Notes: a model not told the origin generated them from the letters alone. 63,821 nt of DNA, filler included, from Lama guanicoe (GCA_013239625.1; 147 parts of 147 records of this genome joined end to end with filler, not necessarily neighbours in it); one strand, 5' to 3'. Shown: positions 1-13,015, counted from the whole stretch's first letter. Numbers and translations are program-made.

Positions 1-333
1 AAAAAATATGATTTAATATAAGACATTACTTTGCATTAGTATTCTTTTAAACTTCAAAGACACAAGTTCTCTTTAAAACAGCAGAAGAATTAGGTTTTAA
101 AAATTCTTTTTAATCTTCCCTATAGTTCTGCTGATCAATAGCTGTAAACTTAGCATAGTGCAGGAAAAAGTCAGCAGTGAAAAAAGAACATGAGAATTAA
201 TAAAATTGATGGCCTCTGAAAGGATTTGGGTCCATATCTCCACCTAAATAAAAAATCAGTGAAATTTGGAGTTGAACAAATGAATACAGCCTTTATCAAT
301 TCACTGATATTTTTTAAAGTCACTGCTTACAGC

Positions 334-433
334 NNNNNNNNNNNNNNNNNNNNNNNNNNNNNNNNNNNNNNNNNNNNTTAATTAATTAANNNNNNNNNNN
401 NNNNNNNNNNNNNNNNNNNNNNNNNNNNNNNNN
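334..433. other. Synthetic linker N44-TTAATTAATTAA-N44 (first of ~146 copies)
   Basis: Palindromic 12-mer at 378-389 has TAA at offsets 2, 6 and 10, giving stops in all six frames. It is invariant in every copy. Confidence 0.98.
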
Positions 434-1301
434 GGTGTCCGGGCTGGAGGAGGAAGCCCTCCTATGCTTCTTGCTGAAGAGGGCACCCCTCCCAGGCCGT
501 GGCTGTCCCGTCCCCGGTTTATGTGCTGGGAAGCATTGCTGCTTGGTGGTCTGGCCCCTCTGCCATTTTGGTCTCCCTGTTGGGGTAGCTGACCCTCCCT
601 CAAGGGGACCTTGTCTGCACTGTCAAGGAAGAGGCAGTGCTCAGCAGCATTGAGAATTCGTGCATTGTGCGTGACACTGGGCTACCGGAGGGGTGGCAGG
701 GGACGGGGGTTGCACTTTGAGGAGGGAGGGGTGCTGTGATTTCCCCTTTTTGGGCTCTTGATTTCTCNNNNNNNNNNNNNNNNNNNNNNNNNNNNNNNNN
801 NNNNNNNNNNNTTAATTAATTAANNNNNNNNNNNNNNNNNNNNNNNNNNNNNNNNNNNNNNNNNNNNGGGGCATTCCTGATGAGACAGGAGCAATGCGCG
901 GTGCAGAACCAACCGGTGGGGCAGGGGAGCAGGCCCCCTACCTCCTTGATGGTAGGCTTTTAGCCAAACAGTGATGGTTTCTGACTACGTAACAAGCCGT
1001 GTTTGCACAAAGATGAGAACACACTCAAAACCTTAAATAAAATTCAGGATGTGAGCCTGGCTGGTGGGGCACATGCAGGTGCCCATGGGGATTAGTTCCC
1101 CCTTCCCTTTAACACTGGTTTATTGGGCAAAGGACTGAGGAGAGAAGGATGAAGCTGTGCTCCCCAGCAGGGCCAAGGCCCCCTGGTGATGCGGGCAATG
1201 ANNNNNNNNNNNNNNNNNNNNNNNNNNNNNNNNNNNNNNNNNNNNTTAATTAATTAANNNNNNNNNNNNNNNNNNNNNNNNNNNNNNNNNNNNNNNNNNN
1301 N

Positions 1302-1440
1302 GCCCCGCGGCCCCGGCGCCCCGCCCGGGCGCAGCCCTCGCACAGCTTTGCTCCACCCTCCGGCCCTGCCCGAACCCGAGTACTCGGGGCACCGGGCGCT
1401 CGGAGCTGCAGCGCAGCTTTCCTGCCTCCGGGGGACCGTG
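1302..1440. promoter_or_regulatory. CpG-island edge fragment
   Basis: Very GC- and CpG-rich start of contig with a GC-box-like CCCCGCCC. Gene not identifiable. Confidence 0.55.
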
Positions 1441-1735
1441 CTGAGTGAGCCTCAGTCCCTTCCACTTCCAGTTACCATCCCCGTGTCCCTGGCTGGATTC
1501 AAGGTCAAGTCCAAGGAGCCCAATGCCGGGGACGATATAAAGCACTTAGTCCGTGTTTGTTGGAAGAAGGCGGTGGCATCTGGGGGGAGCCTGAGAGTCA
1601 ACATCTGGGCATCCGCCTCATCCCGGGCTGATTCCNNNNNNNNNNNNNNNNNNNNNNNNNNNNNNNNNNNNNNNNNNNNTTAATTAATTAANNNNNNNNN
1701 NNNNNNNNNNNNNNNNNNNNNNNNNNNNNNNNNNN

Positions 1736-2069
1736 CCTCATCCCATATATGATTTGCAGAGATTCTGTCCTACTCTGTATTAGGCTTTATATTTTGCTGA
1801 TTGTTACTTTTGCTGTGCAGGAGCTTTTTAGTTTGATGTAGTCCCACCTGTTGATATTTGCTTTTCTGACTTGTGTTTTTGGGGTCATATCCCAAAATTA
1901 TTGCCCAAGCCCGTGTTAAGTAGCTTCTCCTCTATGTTTTCCTCTAGGAGTTTTGTAGTGTCAGATCTTACCTCTCAGTCTTTAATCCATTTTAAGTTAT
2001 ATTTCTGAGTGGTAGAAGATAGCTGTCCAATTTCATTTTTCTGCATGTGGTTTTCCAGTGTAACCAACA
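1736..2069 (-). mobile_element. LINE-1 ORF2 fragment (degenerate)
   Basis: Antisense L1 motifs tttgctgtgcaggagctttttagtttgatgtagtccca and tctttaatccatttt. Confidence 0.9.
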
Positions 2070-2603
2070 NNNNNNNNNNNNNNNNNNNNNNNNNNNNNNN
2101 NNNNNNNNNNNNNTTAATTAATTAANNNNNNNNNNNNNNNNNNNNNNNNNNNNNNNNNNNNNNNNNNNNCTGCTTGCGCCTGCACCCGTCTTCTCTTTCC
2201 CTTCTAGTCCAGGGGAGCAAGTGCCCATCTCCTCCTCCTCTGAAGGTGCCTGGGTTTCCTCTCTTGAAGGCGAAGCCCCTTCTCCACTGCACATCATTAA
2301 CTGCCCTTCATAATGGGATCACACACAATCCCGCCCACACACAAACTTGCTGCAAGAGTTCCCACCTTAGAAACTTTACAAACCAGCAAAACGACACCCT
2401 TGGAGAGCTCCCCCTACTCTCTTCACTCCTCAGACTTCGTTCAGACCAGCAGTCTATCTTCACTTCTTGTCCTCACATTCACACTACCCATCTGGATCTG
2501 GCCNNNNNNNNNNNNNNNNNNNNNNNNNNNNNNNNNNNNNNNNNNNNTTAATTAATTAANNNNNNNNNNNNNNNNNNNNNNNNNNNNNNNNNNNNNNNNN
2601 NNN

Positions 2604-2929
2604 ACACTTCTGATCCAGACTAAATAAGGACAAAAATCCCTCCTCCCTCTGGCGAGGTGGAGTTGGGGTAAACATCAGACTACAACCCCAAACCCTTCCC
2701 TCCCCTATGAATATTAGGCCCATTCAGTTTTACACTCTATGTAACCAACTTGCCAGAAAAAACTCAGGGCAGCCACTCACCTAAGCCTGCCCACTCTCCC
2801 CTTGAAAGTGTACTATCCATTCCTTAAAAAAATCCTTACTTTACTTCCTTAACCTCTGTGTCTTATCTCTGAATTCTCTCTGGGACAGGACAAGAAGCAG
2901 GACACCTGCTCCATCTACTGGCAGTAATA
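2604..2929 (+). mobile_element. ERV1-type LTR, 3' part
   Basis: U3/R/U5-like layout (ctcccctt-gaaagtgtact...tctctgaattctctctgggacaggacaagaa) ending in gtaata, near the canonical gtaaca. Confidence 0.6.
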
Positions 2930-3036
2930 GGAATCGNNNNNNNNNNNNNNNNNNNNNNNNNNNNNNNNNNNNNNNNNNNNTTAATTAATTAANNNNNNNN
3001 NNNNNNNNNNNNNNNNNNNNNNNNNNNNNNNNNNNN

Positions 3037-3367
3037 ATCCAGTTATCTGTTGATGGACATTTAGGTTGTTTCCGTGTCTTGGCTGCTGTAAATAATGCTG
3101 CTATGAATATTGGGGTGCATGTACCTTTTCAAATTAAAGTTCCCTCTAGATATATGCCCAGAAGTGGGATTGTTGGATCATATACTAAGTCTATTTTTAG
3201 CTTTTTGGGAATCTCCATACTGTTTTCCATAACATCTGCACCAGACTACATTCCCATCAACAGCATAGGAGGGTTCCCTTTTCTCCACACCCCCTCCACC
3301 ATTTATTGTTAGTGAATGTTTTAATGATGGCCATTTTGACTGGTGTGAGGTGATACCTCATTGTAGT
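3037..3367 (-). mobile_element. LINE-1 ORF2 3' region
   Basis: tgttgatggacatttaggttgtttcc...aataatgctgctatgaatattggggtgcatgta...ggtgtgaggtgatacctcattgtagt. Confidence 0.93.
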
Positions 3368-3710
3368 NNNNNNNNNNNNNNNNNNNNNNNNNNNNNNNNN
3401 NNNNNNNNNNNTTAATTAATTAANNNNNNNNNNNNNNNNNNNNNNNNNNNNNNNNNNNNNNNNNNNNGAAGGTGGGGGCCTGACACCCACACACCCCTGC
3501 AAGGTGCTGCCCTCACGGGCCAGGTTCCATCTGGGAGGCCCAGCAGCTCCACCTGAGAAGCTGGACCTGCTGCATCTGGCAGCTAAAAATACCCAGGCTC
3601 CCGGGAACCCGCAGGAAGAGCTTGTCCAAAGCCAAGCAGGTCTTCAGTGTATGTAAGAGATTATTCATTATACCTTGTGATGCCTCTTGGTAGCTGTCCT
3701 TTTCTTCTTC

Positions 3711-3801
3711 TTTTTTTTTTTTAAGAAAAAGTAGATTTATTCATAGAGATATGTATTCCATAGACAAAGAGCAGGCTGTCTCAGAAGGCAAGAGAAAGGC
3801 C
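3711..3801 (-). mobile_element. Probable ERV LTR end
   Basis: gtagatttattcatagaga...tccatagacaaagagcaggctgtctcagaaggcaagaga, an antisense poly(A)-signal region typical of ERV1 LTRs. Confidence 0.45.
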
Positions 3802-4809
3802 NNNNNNNNNNNNNNNNNNNNNNNNNNNNNNNNNNNNNNNNNNNNTTAATTAATTAANNNNNNNNNNNNNNNNNNNNNNNNNNNNNNNNNNNNNNNNNNN
3901 NCAAACTTTTTGTTTTTTAATAGTTAGAACACAAACAGTGACTCGCAAAAATTCTTTGCTAAATGATGCTTGAGAAAACATCACCTCCAGCATCTCTGGG
4001 CATTATGTCTATATTTTGGTTAGGACTTTATACGTCATATCATCCAGTTGAGGGTGCTAAATTTAATGGCCTCTTGTCTTAAAAACTATTAAAAATAATT
4101 CATTTTTGAAAAGACAGAATGGAAACAGACTATACTTTTGATCGACACTTTATTGGAAATGCAGCTTTAATCAAAAATATTGTTAAACAATTGATCTGAT
4201 ATAAAAATAAAAAGATAAATTACCTTAAATACCACNNNNNNNNNNNNNNNNNNNNNNNNNNNNNNNNNNNNNNNNNNNNTTAATTAATTAANNNNNNNNN
4301 NNNNNNNNNNNNNNNNNNNNNNNNNNNNNNNNNNNTGGTCTAATTCACAGGGGGTCAAGCCATCCGACAAGAAGGTCCTCCATGTACCTTCTCTGTATAT
4401 GATTGTATCCACATCACACACTACAATCACTTTAGGAAAAGGTTGTCCAGTTTTACATCCCTTATGTTTCCTTCCTGTGTTATTTCTAATTTTTTTACAA
4501 CACAAAGAGGCTGAAAATTCCCCAAGTCTTCAAGTTCTGGTTCTTTTTCGCCTAACGATTTCTTACTCACTCTCCCTCCTCTTGCATTTTACTCTAAGCA
4601 GCACGAAGAAACCAGGCTGGAATTCTCCTCAGGTGACTGATAATTCCACTTTGCCATCTACAAGTCTTANNNNNNNNNNNNNNNNNNNNNNNNNNNNNNN
4701 NNNNNNNNNNNNNTTAATTAATTAANNNNNNNNNNNNNNNNNNNNNNNNNNNNNNNNNNNNNNNNNNNNGTAGTAAACAAAAAAGCCTTTTTGAAAAAAA
4801 TATGAGAAC

Positions 4810-5103
4810 TATATGCAACCTGTAATTTACCATCTTAACCATTTCTAGGTGCACAGGTCGCGGCACTAACCACATTCACATTCTCATGTGACCAGCACAC
4901 CATCACCTCCAGAACTTGTCCTGCTTCCCAAACTGACGCTCTGTCCCTGCTAAACACTCGCTCCCCTCCCCCGCCCCCCCTTTTCTGTGGATCTGACTCC
5001 CCCAGGGACCCCATGTGAGCGGGGTCGCACAGGACCTGTCCTTCCGTGTCTGGTTCATTCCACTGAGCACCACGTCCCCAAGGCCCATCGTGCTGCAGCT
5101 GGG
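4810..5103 (-). mobile_element. L1MB-like 3' UTR, GC-shifted
   Basis: aatttaccatcttaaccatttctaggtgcaca...cacattcacattct...catcacctccagaac...ttcccaaactgacgctctgtccc. Confidence 0.85.
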
Positions 5104-5637
5104 NNNNNNNNNNNNNNNNNNNNNNNNNNNNNNNNNNNNNNNNNNNNTTAATTAATTAANNNNNNNNNNNNNNNNNNNNNNNNNNNNNNNNNNNNNNNNN
5201 NNNAGTTTTTTTCTGCTTTTGATCCACTTTGATCTGTTATCTCAATCAATCAACATACTGATGTGTAAAGGTGTGGTACAGCTTGACCTTACTTAAAACA
5301 TTGCGAAGTTCTCATACTTAGTACGCATCGAAGTTATGAAGTCAAACTAAGATTGTTGGATGCTAATAGCCCCTTCTGTCTCTATTTTTCCATTTGCAGT
5401 CTTACATCAGGAGAAATCTTGGAGAGGAGAAACACAACTTCATACTTCATTCTCCTAGGAATCTTTAAGCACACCAGATCCCACCTCTTTCTGTTCAAGG
5501 CGGTGCTTACCATGGCCATTGCTTCCTTGATGGGCAANNNNNNNNNNNNNNNNNNNNNNNNNNNNNNNNNNNNNNNNNNNNTTAATTAATTAANNNNNNN
5601 NNNNNNNNNNNNNNNNNNNNNNNNNNNNNNNNNNNNN

Positions 5638-5865
5638 GAAGACTCTGTCCCCTCCTCAAATGATTAAATGTGATTAATATTCCCCTTTTCCCTTTAAAAA
5701 CTTTCATGGCCAAGCGGAATCTTCAGAGTTGGTTCTTAGAAAGGACTCCACCTTCTCCTTAGGTTGCTGGTCTCCTGAATAAAACAACCTTTTCTTTCCA
5801 ACCAACAATCATCCCTCAAGTATGAGCTTTTGAGTGGCAAGCAGCCAAACCTGAGTTCAGTAACA
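5638..5865 (+). mobile_element. ERV1 LTR 3' end (MER34/MER39-like)
   Basis: cctttaaaaac TATA region, ctcctgaataaaac poly(A) signal, ends gcagccaaacctgagttcagtaaca. Confidence 0.75.
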
Positions 5866-6505
5866 GTAACAATGGGAAAATTAAACATACAAAAAAAGTC
5901 AAACATGTAACAAGATTCAGAAAGCCCAATTTGTGAACAATATCAAATAAGAAATATTTTTGATTAAAAAANNNNNNNNNNNNNNNNNNNNNNNNNNNNN
6001 NNNNNNNNNNNNNNNTTAATTAATTAANNNNNNNNNNNNNNNNNNNNNNNNNNNNNNNNNNNNNNNNNNNNCTTTTTGTGGTCAAACTGAATTGATTTTG
6101 AAGACAACACTTGCTCAGCTGCCTATGAACATAAGTATTTTGCATATCACTTGACCTAGATTTGCAAGAAATTTAATGTGGAGCAAAATGATAACTCGTC
6201 ACCAGAAAATGTCAGTAGACATGTTACGTTATGAATAGGTTATTGGACATATTTTATATTACAATGTCTTAAAAATACTTTCAATCGTTCAGTCATAGTG
6301 AATATGGATGTGGAATGACATAAGCCAAGAGTTGAAGACGTTAAATTCCCACTAAGAAAAAATGAAGTCTTTGGTTCCTGAGTTCAAATACAATGTCTAT
6401 AAATTNNNNNNNNNNNNNNNNNNNNNNNNNNNNNNNNNNNNNNNNNNNNTTAATTAATTAANNNNNNNNNNNNNNNNNNNNNNNNNNNNNNNNNNNNNNN
6501 NNNNN

Positions 6506-6839
6506 GAAGATGCGGGACTAATGTCCTGGAGAACCATCTTCCCCAAGTCAGAATCCAGGCTCTTTTTATACTAAAAGGGGAGGGGATGTAGTTGCTTGTT
6601 GCAAACTTCTTAATGTTGGAATCCTTTGTTCTTGCAGCTGTCCATGTAGGTCAGGCCATGGTGTTTCTTTAAACCTCCAACAAGACAAATGTTCATCTCT
6701 TTTCTGCAACTTTTTATCTTTATATGAATGGGAAAGGGTTAACCCTTAGAGGTCAGAGCCTTGAGAATGGGCCGTCCTGTCTATTTCAGACTCTAGGCAA
6801 CATCCTTTTACAAAAGGTGCAGAACCAGCATGACTGAGC
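6506..6839 (-). mobile_element. ERV1-type LTR fragment
   Basis: ctttttatactaaaaggggagggg...gcaaacttct...ttgttcttgcagctgtcca...aggtcagg...aaacctccaacaagacaaatg. Confidence 0.75.
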
Positions 6840-6939
6840 NNNNNNNNNNNNNNNNNNNNNNNNNNNNNNNNNNNNNNNNNNNNTTAATTAATTAANNNNN
6901 NNNNNNNNNNNNNNNNNNNNNNNNNNNNNNNNNNNNNNN

Positions 6940-6988
6940 ACCTTGTGCGTGCTAAGCATGCGCTCTACCACTTGAGCTATACCCTCCC
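6940..6988 (-). mobile_element. tRNA-Ala-derived SINE (camelid vic-1-like), 5' half
   Basis: Reverse complement gggagggtatagctcaagtggtagagcgcatgcttagcacgcacaaggt, containing the A-box and an AGC anticodon-like arm. Confidence 0.85.
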
Positions 6989-7029
6989 ACCTTGGATAAT
7001 TTCTTAATGTAAAGGGAGGCAGAATCTCC

Positions 7030-7260
7030 ATCAAGTGAAATGTGACAAGAGTCAAGGGAGCCTCAGAGGATCTGAGCTTGAGCAGCGGGGTGAGTGGTGG
7101 TACCATTTCCTGAGCTGGCAACACTGGGGGAGATGGAAGTTTTGTGGGGGAAATTGAGCATGCGTTTGTGGACCTGCCGAAGGCGTCTCCGAGGATAGTA
7201 GAGGCGGGCATCTTGAGTCAGGAGTATGTTGGAGAATGACAGCACACAGGCTGGACCCTA
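7030..7260 (-). mobile_element. LINE-2 fragment
   Basis: gagtcaagg...tctgagcttgagcagc...ggtggtaccatttcctgagctgg...actgggggaga, a typical L2 motif. Confidence 0.65.
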
Positions 7261-7807
7261 GCACATAGGTGGANNNNNNNNNNNNNNNNNNNNNNNNNNN
7301 NNNNNNNNNNNNNNNNNTTAATTAATTAANNNNNNNNNNNNNNNNNNNNNNNNNNNNNNNNNNNNNNNNNNNNTTTGAATCAATCTATTATCTTACTGTT
7401 TTATTTAAAAAGGTAACATATTAAAATAGAAAAAATAAGCCACATTTTCATGTAAACTCAAAAGTAGGATTCAGTTTATGTATGGGCCAAAGATCATATG
7501 CATTCCTTCATCTCAGATCTTTACTTAATTGCTTCTTAATAGTTGTAGCAAAACAGCCCATATGGTGGTAAGTGCCTAATATATTTGTGAAGTGGCAGTT
7601 TTCCACATATGAGATGTGTCAGTTTTCTAGAGAACTTTCTTCATTACTATGGTTGCTCCTATTTGCTACTTTAGAAATTTCTTTCTCAGTTTAAATCTAC
7701 TGCGACANNNNNNNNNNNNNNNNNNNNNNNNNNNNNNNNNNNNNNNNNNNNTTAATTAATTAANNNNNNNNNNNNNNNNNNNNNNNNNNNNNNNNNNNNN
7801 NNNNNNN

Positions 7808-7975
7808 CGATACTGTATTGAATAGAGCTGGTGAGAGTGGGCATCCTTGTCTTGTTAGAGATTTCAGAAGAAAGGCTTTTAGCATTTCACCGTAGAGTAT
7901 TATGCTGGCTGTAGGTTTGTTATAAATAGTTTTTACTATGTTGAGATACGTTCCGTCTCCACCCACTTTGGGAAG
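7808..7975 (-). mobile_element. LINE-1 ORF2 RT fragment
   Basis: Minus-strand translation [43 protein letters not shown]. Confidence 0.93.
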
Positions 7976-8675
7976 ACCGTGGGCTCAGTGTGGTCAGGGG
8001 GCTTGGGAGGAAGGTAGCAGAGGTAGCCGTGGCGGGAGGAGGGGGGCTGCCCCTTGGGAGCCAGTCATTTGCTCCCATCTCCCTGGCGGCCTGACCTGGG
8101 GGTGGCCTCTGCCGCCCCATGTTCGCCGCACCCAAGTCTTTNNNNNNNNNNNNNNNNNNNNNNNNNNNNNNNNNNNNNNNNNNNNTTAATTAATTAANNN
8201 NNNNNNNNNNNNNNNNNNNNNNNNNNNNNNNNNNNNNNNNNACTTTCACATAAACTCATTCTAGCATAGTGCATTCCTTTAAAAATAAAGACAACAGAAG
8301 GAAAATGGATTTGAATTTAGGAGTTTTGCTTACAAAATAAATTCTTCAAGACAGGAGGCATTACACATCTTATGGAATAACCTGAATAGAATTTATAGAG
8401 ATTTATTTTTACACTGCATTTTGACTTTGTAGTTTTTCTAAATGTATGGTCTTATTACAGTATAGTGAATGAACGCTGGAATGTACGCAGCTCCTCCGAT
8501 AGGACCACAGTTCTCATTTTCCCAGCTCCCTGCAGCATCCTCTTCTCTGGAAGGTGCCCTATGATGAAGAGAGCCNNNNNNNNNNNNNNNNNNNNNNNNN
8601 NNNNNNNNNNNNNNNNNNNTTAATTAATTAANNNNNNNNNNNNNNNNNNNNNNNNNNNNNNNNNNNNNNNNNNNN

Positions 8676-8910
8676 TCACATCTTACAAAAATTAACTCAA
8701 AATGGATCAAAGACTTAAATGTAAGATCTACAATTATGAAACTCTTAGAAAAAAATGTAGGTGAAAAATCTTTGTGACCTTGGCTTAGGCAACAGTTTCT
8801 TAGATATGACACCAAAAGACACGCAACCAAAGAAACAAAAAATACATAACTTGGACCTCATTAAAATTTTACAAGTTTGGGCTTAAAAAGACTGTCAAGA
8901 AAGTAAAAGA
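8676..8910 (+). mobile_element. LINE-1 ORF2 fragment
   Basis: aaaattaactcaaaatggatcaaagacttaaatgtaaga...tttcttagatatgacaccaaaag. Confidence 0.9.
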
Positions 8911-10845
8911 CATTATTCCAACAAAAAAAGTAAGTCATCAATTCAGGTTCAGCTTTAATTTCAGCAAGAGCACAGCAGAACTTATAATTAAATTTGGAAG
9001 AAGAGTTCANNNNNNNNNNNNNNNNNNNNNNNNNNNNNNNNNNNNNNNNNNNNTTAATTAATTAANNNNNNNNNNNNNNNNNNNNNNNNNNNNNNNNNNN
9101 NNNNNNNNNCATGACTTCCAGATGCCGGCGTTCAGGGGCGCTGGGTTTCTGAGTTCAGGTTTCTGCTGTTCCGGGTCGTTCTGGTGCTTTGCGTCCCTCA
9201 GGCATCAGCCACGGAGCTGACGTGAGTCTGTGTGTGCGCTTGGTGGAATGCCCCCAACCGTGGGAGCTCCGGTTTGCTGCCAGTCTCCTTGGAACCCCCA
9301 CCCACTGGGGGCCGCCGCCCACTTCCCAGGCTCGGGCCTGGGCTTCCCTGCGCTGCGTCTCCTCTCCCTGCCCAGAAGGATGCCCGAGGACCCAGGCCCC
9401 TGCCCGCCCCTCCCCGTGGCCCTGCTCACCTCACGTCTGTGATNNNNNNNNNNNNNNNNNNNNNNNNNNNNNNNNNNNNNNNNNNNNTTAATTAATTAAN
9501 NNNNNNNNNNNNNNNNNNNNNNNNNNNNNNNNNNNNNNNNNNNTCAAGCGCCTGAGTTGTTTCTAGTGCTTCACACAAATGCATCATCAATCTAGTAAAT
9601 GTCACTGGATGGGCAGTTTGTGTGATGTTTTCAAGTACCAATGTCATACTTTACTGTGTATATTTGAAAAGTATATGAAGACAGTGTGAATTATAGTGAT
9701 GCCTATGTAATTATAAATGGTAATTGAGATACTTATTAATTATAATAGAATGAAATTAGTTTTCTAGCTTAAAGTAAGTGTGAGCAAATTTTGAAAATTT
9801 AAAACAAAGACTACTTATGCAAAATCAAGTAGAAATGCAACAGCTAGTATTGCAGACAGAATAGGTGGGGGGAAAAANNNNNNNNNNNNNNNNNNNNNNN
9901 NNNNNNNNNNNNNNNNNNNNNTTAATTAATTAANNNNNNNNNNNNNNNNNNNNNNNNNNNNNNNNNNNNNNNNNNNNGTCACATTCCCAGGGCATAAAGC
10001 GGAGGACACACAGCCTCTGTGGAAATGCCGGGGCTGTGGGAGGCCTCTGGGAAGGGGCGGAGGGCTCCCTGGAGGTGGCGGCTCTCTGAATTGGGTGCTG
10101 AAGGGTGAGCAGGGGCTGAGGGATGGGAGAACAGATTTCATGAGCCAAAGACATGATCCCTGTTGTCAAAATGGGCAGGACCCTTTTCCTTTTTTATGAC
10201 AGAATAATATTCCATCATACGTGTGTACATTTTATCCATCCCTTCATCCGTCCTGGGACCCAGTGGACAGTGTGCTCAGTAAATCAGACCGGCAGAGGAG
10301 GACAAGTACCANNNNNNNNNNNNNNNNNNNNNNNNNNNNNNNNNNNNNNNNNNNNTTAATTAATTAANNNNNNNNNNNNNNNNNNNNNNNNNNNNNNNNN
10401 NNNNNNNNNNNGGGCTCACACATAATCCTAGCACATACATCATTGGCATAGCTTCACTTCGTTCATTTGATAATGAACTGCATTTGTTCATTGCTTGTTC
10501 ACTTTGTTCATTGTTTATTGTTCACAACTGCATTATCAAATGAACAAAATTATTTCCCGGTTTGCTAGATTCATTCTAACACCTATCACAGTACGTAGGT
10601 CATGGTGGCACAATATTATAATTCAGCAGGCTGACTTACTTCGAATCCATTCACTTTCTAGTTGTCTTACTCTTAGAGGAGGTCATTGAAAGGATGTTTC
10701 TGCTAAGTGACTCACAAGATAAACCCTGGCAATTTGGTGGCTCCTNNNNNNNNNNNNNNNNNNNNNNNNNNNNNNNNNNNNNNNNNNNNTTAATTAATTA
10801 ANNNNNNNNNNNNNNNNNNNNNNNNNNNNNNNNNNNNNNNNNNNN

Positions 10846-11179
10846 CATTATATATATGGTTTATTTATTCATCTATTGCTGGACACTTAGGTTGCTTCCA
10901 TTTTGGGGCTATTGTAAATAATGCTGTTATAAATATTGGGTTGCAACTATCTTTCTGAATTGGTGCTTTTCTAGTCTTCAAATATATATCCAGGTGTGGA
11001 ATTTCTGGATCAAATGATTGTTACATATTTTGTTTTGAGGAACCTCCATATTGTTTTGCATACGGGCTACAACAATTTACATTCCCATCAACGCTGTACC
11101 AGGGCTCCCTTTACTCCACATCCTCATGAACATGTGTTCGTTGTGATCTTTTTAATGATGGCCATTCTAGCCAGTGTGA
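10846..11179 (-). mobile_element. LINE-1 ORF2 3' region
   Basis: ggacacttaggttgcttcca...ttgaggaacctccatattgttt...aatttacattccca. Confidence 0.92.
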
Positions 11180-11279
11180 NNNNNNNNNNNNNNNNNNNNN
11201 NNNNNNNNNNNNNNNNNNNNNNNTTAATTAATTAANNNNNNNNNNNNNNNNNNNNNNNNNNNNNNNNNNNNNNNNNNNN

Positions 11280-11510
11280 GGAGTGAGGCCGGCAGCCAAG
11301 GAATGGGGGTGACTCTAGAAGCTGGAAAAGGCCAGGAAACGGACTCTCCCCTGGAGCCTCCAGAAGCAGCTGGCCCTGTCTGCATCTTGACTTGAGTCCT
11401 GGGAAACTGACTTCCAACTTCTGACCAGCAGAACTGTCGGAGAATAAATTTGGATGGTTTTAAGCCACTATGCTCGTGGTCCTTTGTTATAGCGGCCACA
11501 GGACACTCAC
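11280..11510 (+). mobile_element. MaLR LTR (MLT1-like), 3' half
   Basis: agccaaggaatg...tctagaagctggaaaaggccaggaaacggactctcccctggagcctccagaag...aataaattt...ttttaagccacta...tttgttatagcggc. Confidence 0.9.
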
Positions 11511-11713
11511 CCAGGAGGAAAACCATGGGGTGGAGTGGGGAGCAGTGGTGAGACTCTCCCTCAAAACTTGCCCCCCAAAACCCTCCCCCAGGTCCAGTCC
11601 CAGCTCAGGCTCANNNNNNNNNNNNNNNNNNNNNNNNNNNNNNNNNNNNNNNNNNNNTTAATTAATTAANNNNNNNNNNNNNNNNNNNNNNNNNNNNNNN
11701 NNNNNNNNNNNNN

Positions 11714-12047
11714 TGTGTACAACTCTGCACTTCCTGCACTTGGGTGACTGACTCCTTTCCCAAGCTGGGTAAGTTCTCCATCATTCTCTCTCCAAAAATT
11801 TTCTCAGGTCCTCTCTCTTCTCTTTCTGGGACTGCTATAATGCCAATGCTAGTGCGCTTCATGGTGTCCCAGAGTTCTCTTAAAACATTCTCATTTCTTT
11901 TCATTCTTGTTTCTGCGGTAGTGATTTCCACTAATCTGTCTTCTAGCTAACTGATCCGTTCTGCTTCATTCAGTGTATTCTTGGTTCCTTCCAGTGTGCT
12001 ATTCATTTCAGTGATTTTATTCTTAAACTCTGGGTATTTTTATGTTT
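11714..12047 (-). mobile_element. LINE-1 ORF1 fragment
   Basis: Translation RMKRNENVLRELWDTMKRTSIGIIAVPEREERGPEKIFGERMMENLPSLGKE matches ORF1p. Confidence 0.92.
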
Positions 12048-12187
12048 NNNNNNNNNNNNNNNNNNNNNNNNNNNNNNNNNNNNNNNNNNNNTTAATTAAT
12101 TAANNNNNNNNNNNNNNNNNNNNNNNNNNNNNNNNNNNNNNNNNNNNGAACTCAACAGAAAACTTGATAAAGGCTGTTGACTGGCAT

Positions 12188-12481
12188 TTAGGCTAATGAG
12201 CTGCTATAACAGATCCAAAAATACTGTGGCTGAAATAAGCGAGAAGTTTATTTCCCTCCATATAAGGGTCCAAAGGAAAGAAGGTGTCCCAGGCAGATGG
12301 AAAGCTCTGCTTCAGGTCATCACCTAAGGCTACGCATTAGCTAGAGGATCTCCCATCTTATCACATGGCAGCATCACTGTAGCAAAAGTTGCTGGTGGCC
12401 CTCACTCCCAGGGAAGGGGGAACAGAGAGGGAGGCCAGGGCACGCAGTCTTATCTTTAAGAAGATGACCCCAGAGTTGCAC
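12188..12481 (-). mobile_element. Old MaLR LTR (MLT1J/K-like)
   Basis: ttaggcta...gctgctataaca...caaaaatactgtggctgaaataag...gaagtttattt. Confidence 0.6.
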
Positions 12482-13015
12482 NNNNNNNNNNNNNNNNNNN
12501 NNNNNNNNNNNNNNNNNNNNNNNNNTTAATTAATTAANNNNNNNNNNNNNNNNNNNNNNNNNNNNNNNNNNNNNNNNNNNNTTTTCTTCAAATATACAGT
12601 GAAATGAATAGTACTTAATTCTCACAACGGCTGTGAGGATTAAATGAGACAGTATAAATAGTTTAGCATGTTAGATATTTAACACAGTATCTACTAAGCT
12701 CTTAAAAAGCATCAGAAATTATTTGATAATAATGAAAAGTATCTGTAGTTGGAGAAAAAAGGTCACAGCAAAGGAATCATGGGGGTTTTAGGTTTGATCC
12801 TGCCAGAAGGCTGCTACTGGGAGACAGAGTAACTAGTACAGATGGTGTCTTCATGAAGGTCTGCAATGACAAACTAAGAGACTGTAAGGGCTTCACATGT
12901 GGCTAGTTTCTCTCTNNNNNNNNNNNNNNNNNNNNNNNNNNNNNNNNNNNNNNNNNNNNTTAATTAATTAANNNNNNNNNNNNNNNNNNNNNNNNNNNNN
13001 NNNNNNNNNNNNNNN

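Noticed and set aside
378..389. TTAA/PacI motif as piggyBac target sites or homeodomain sites
   Set aside because: It is always centred in exactly 88 Ns, so it was inserted computationally.
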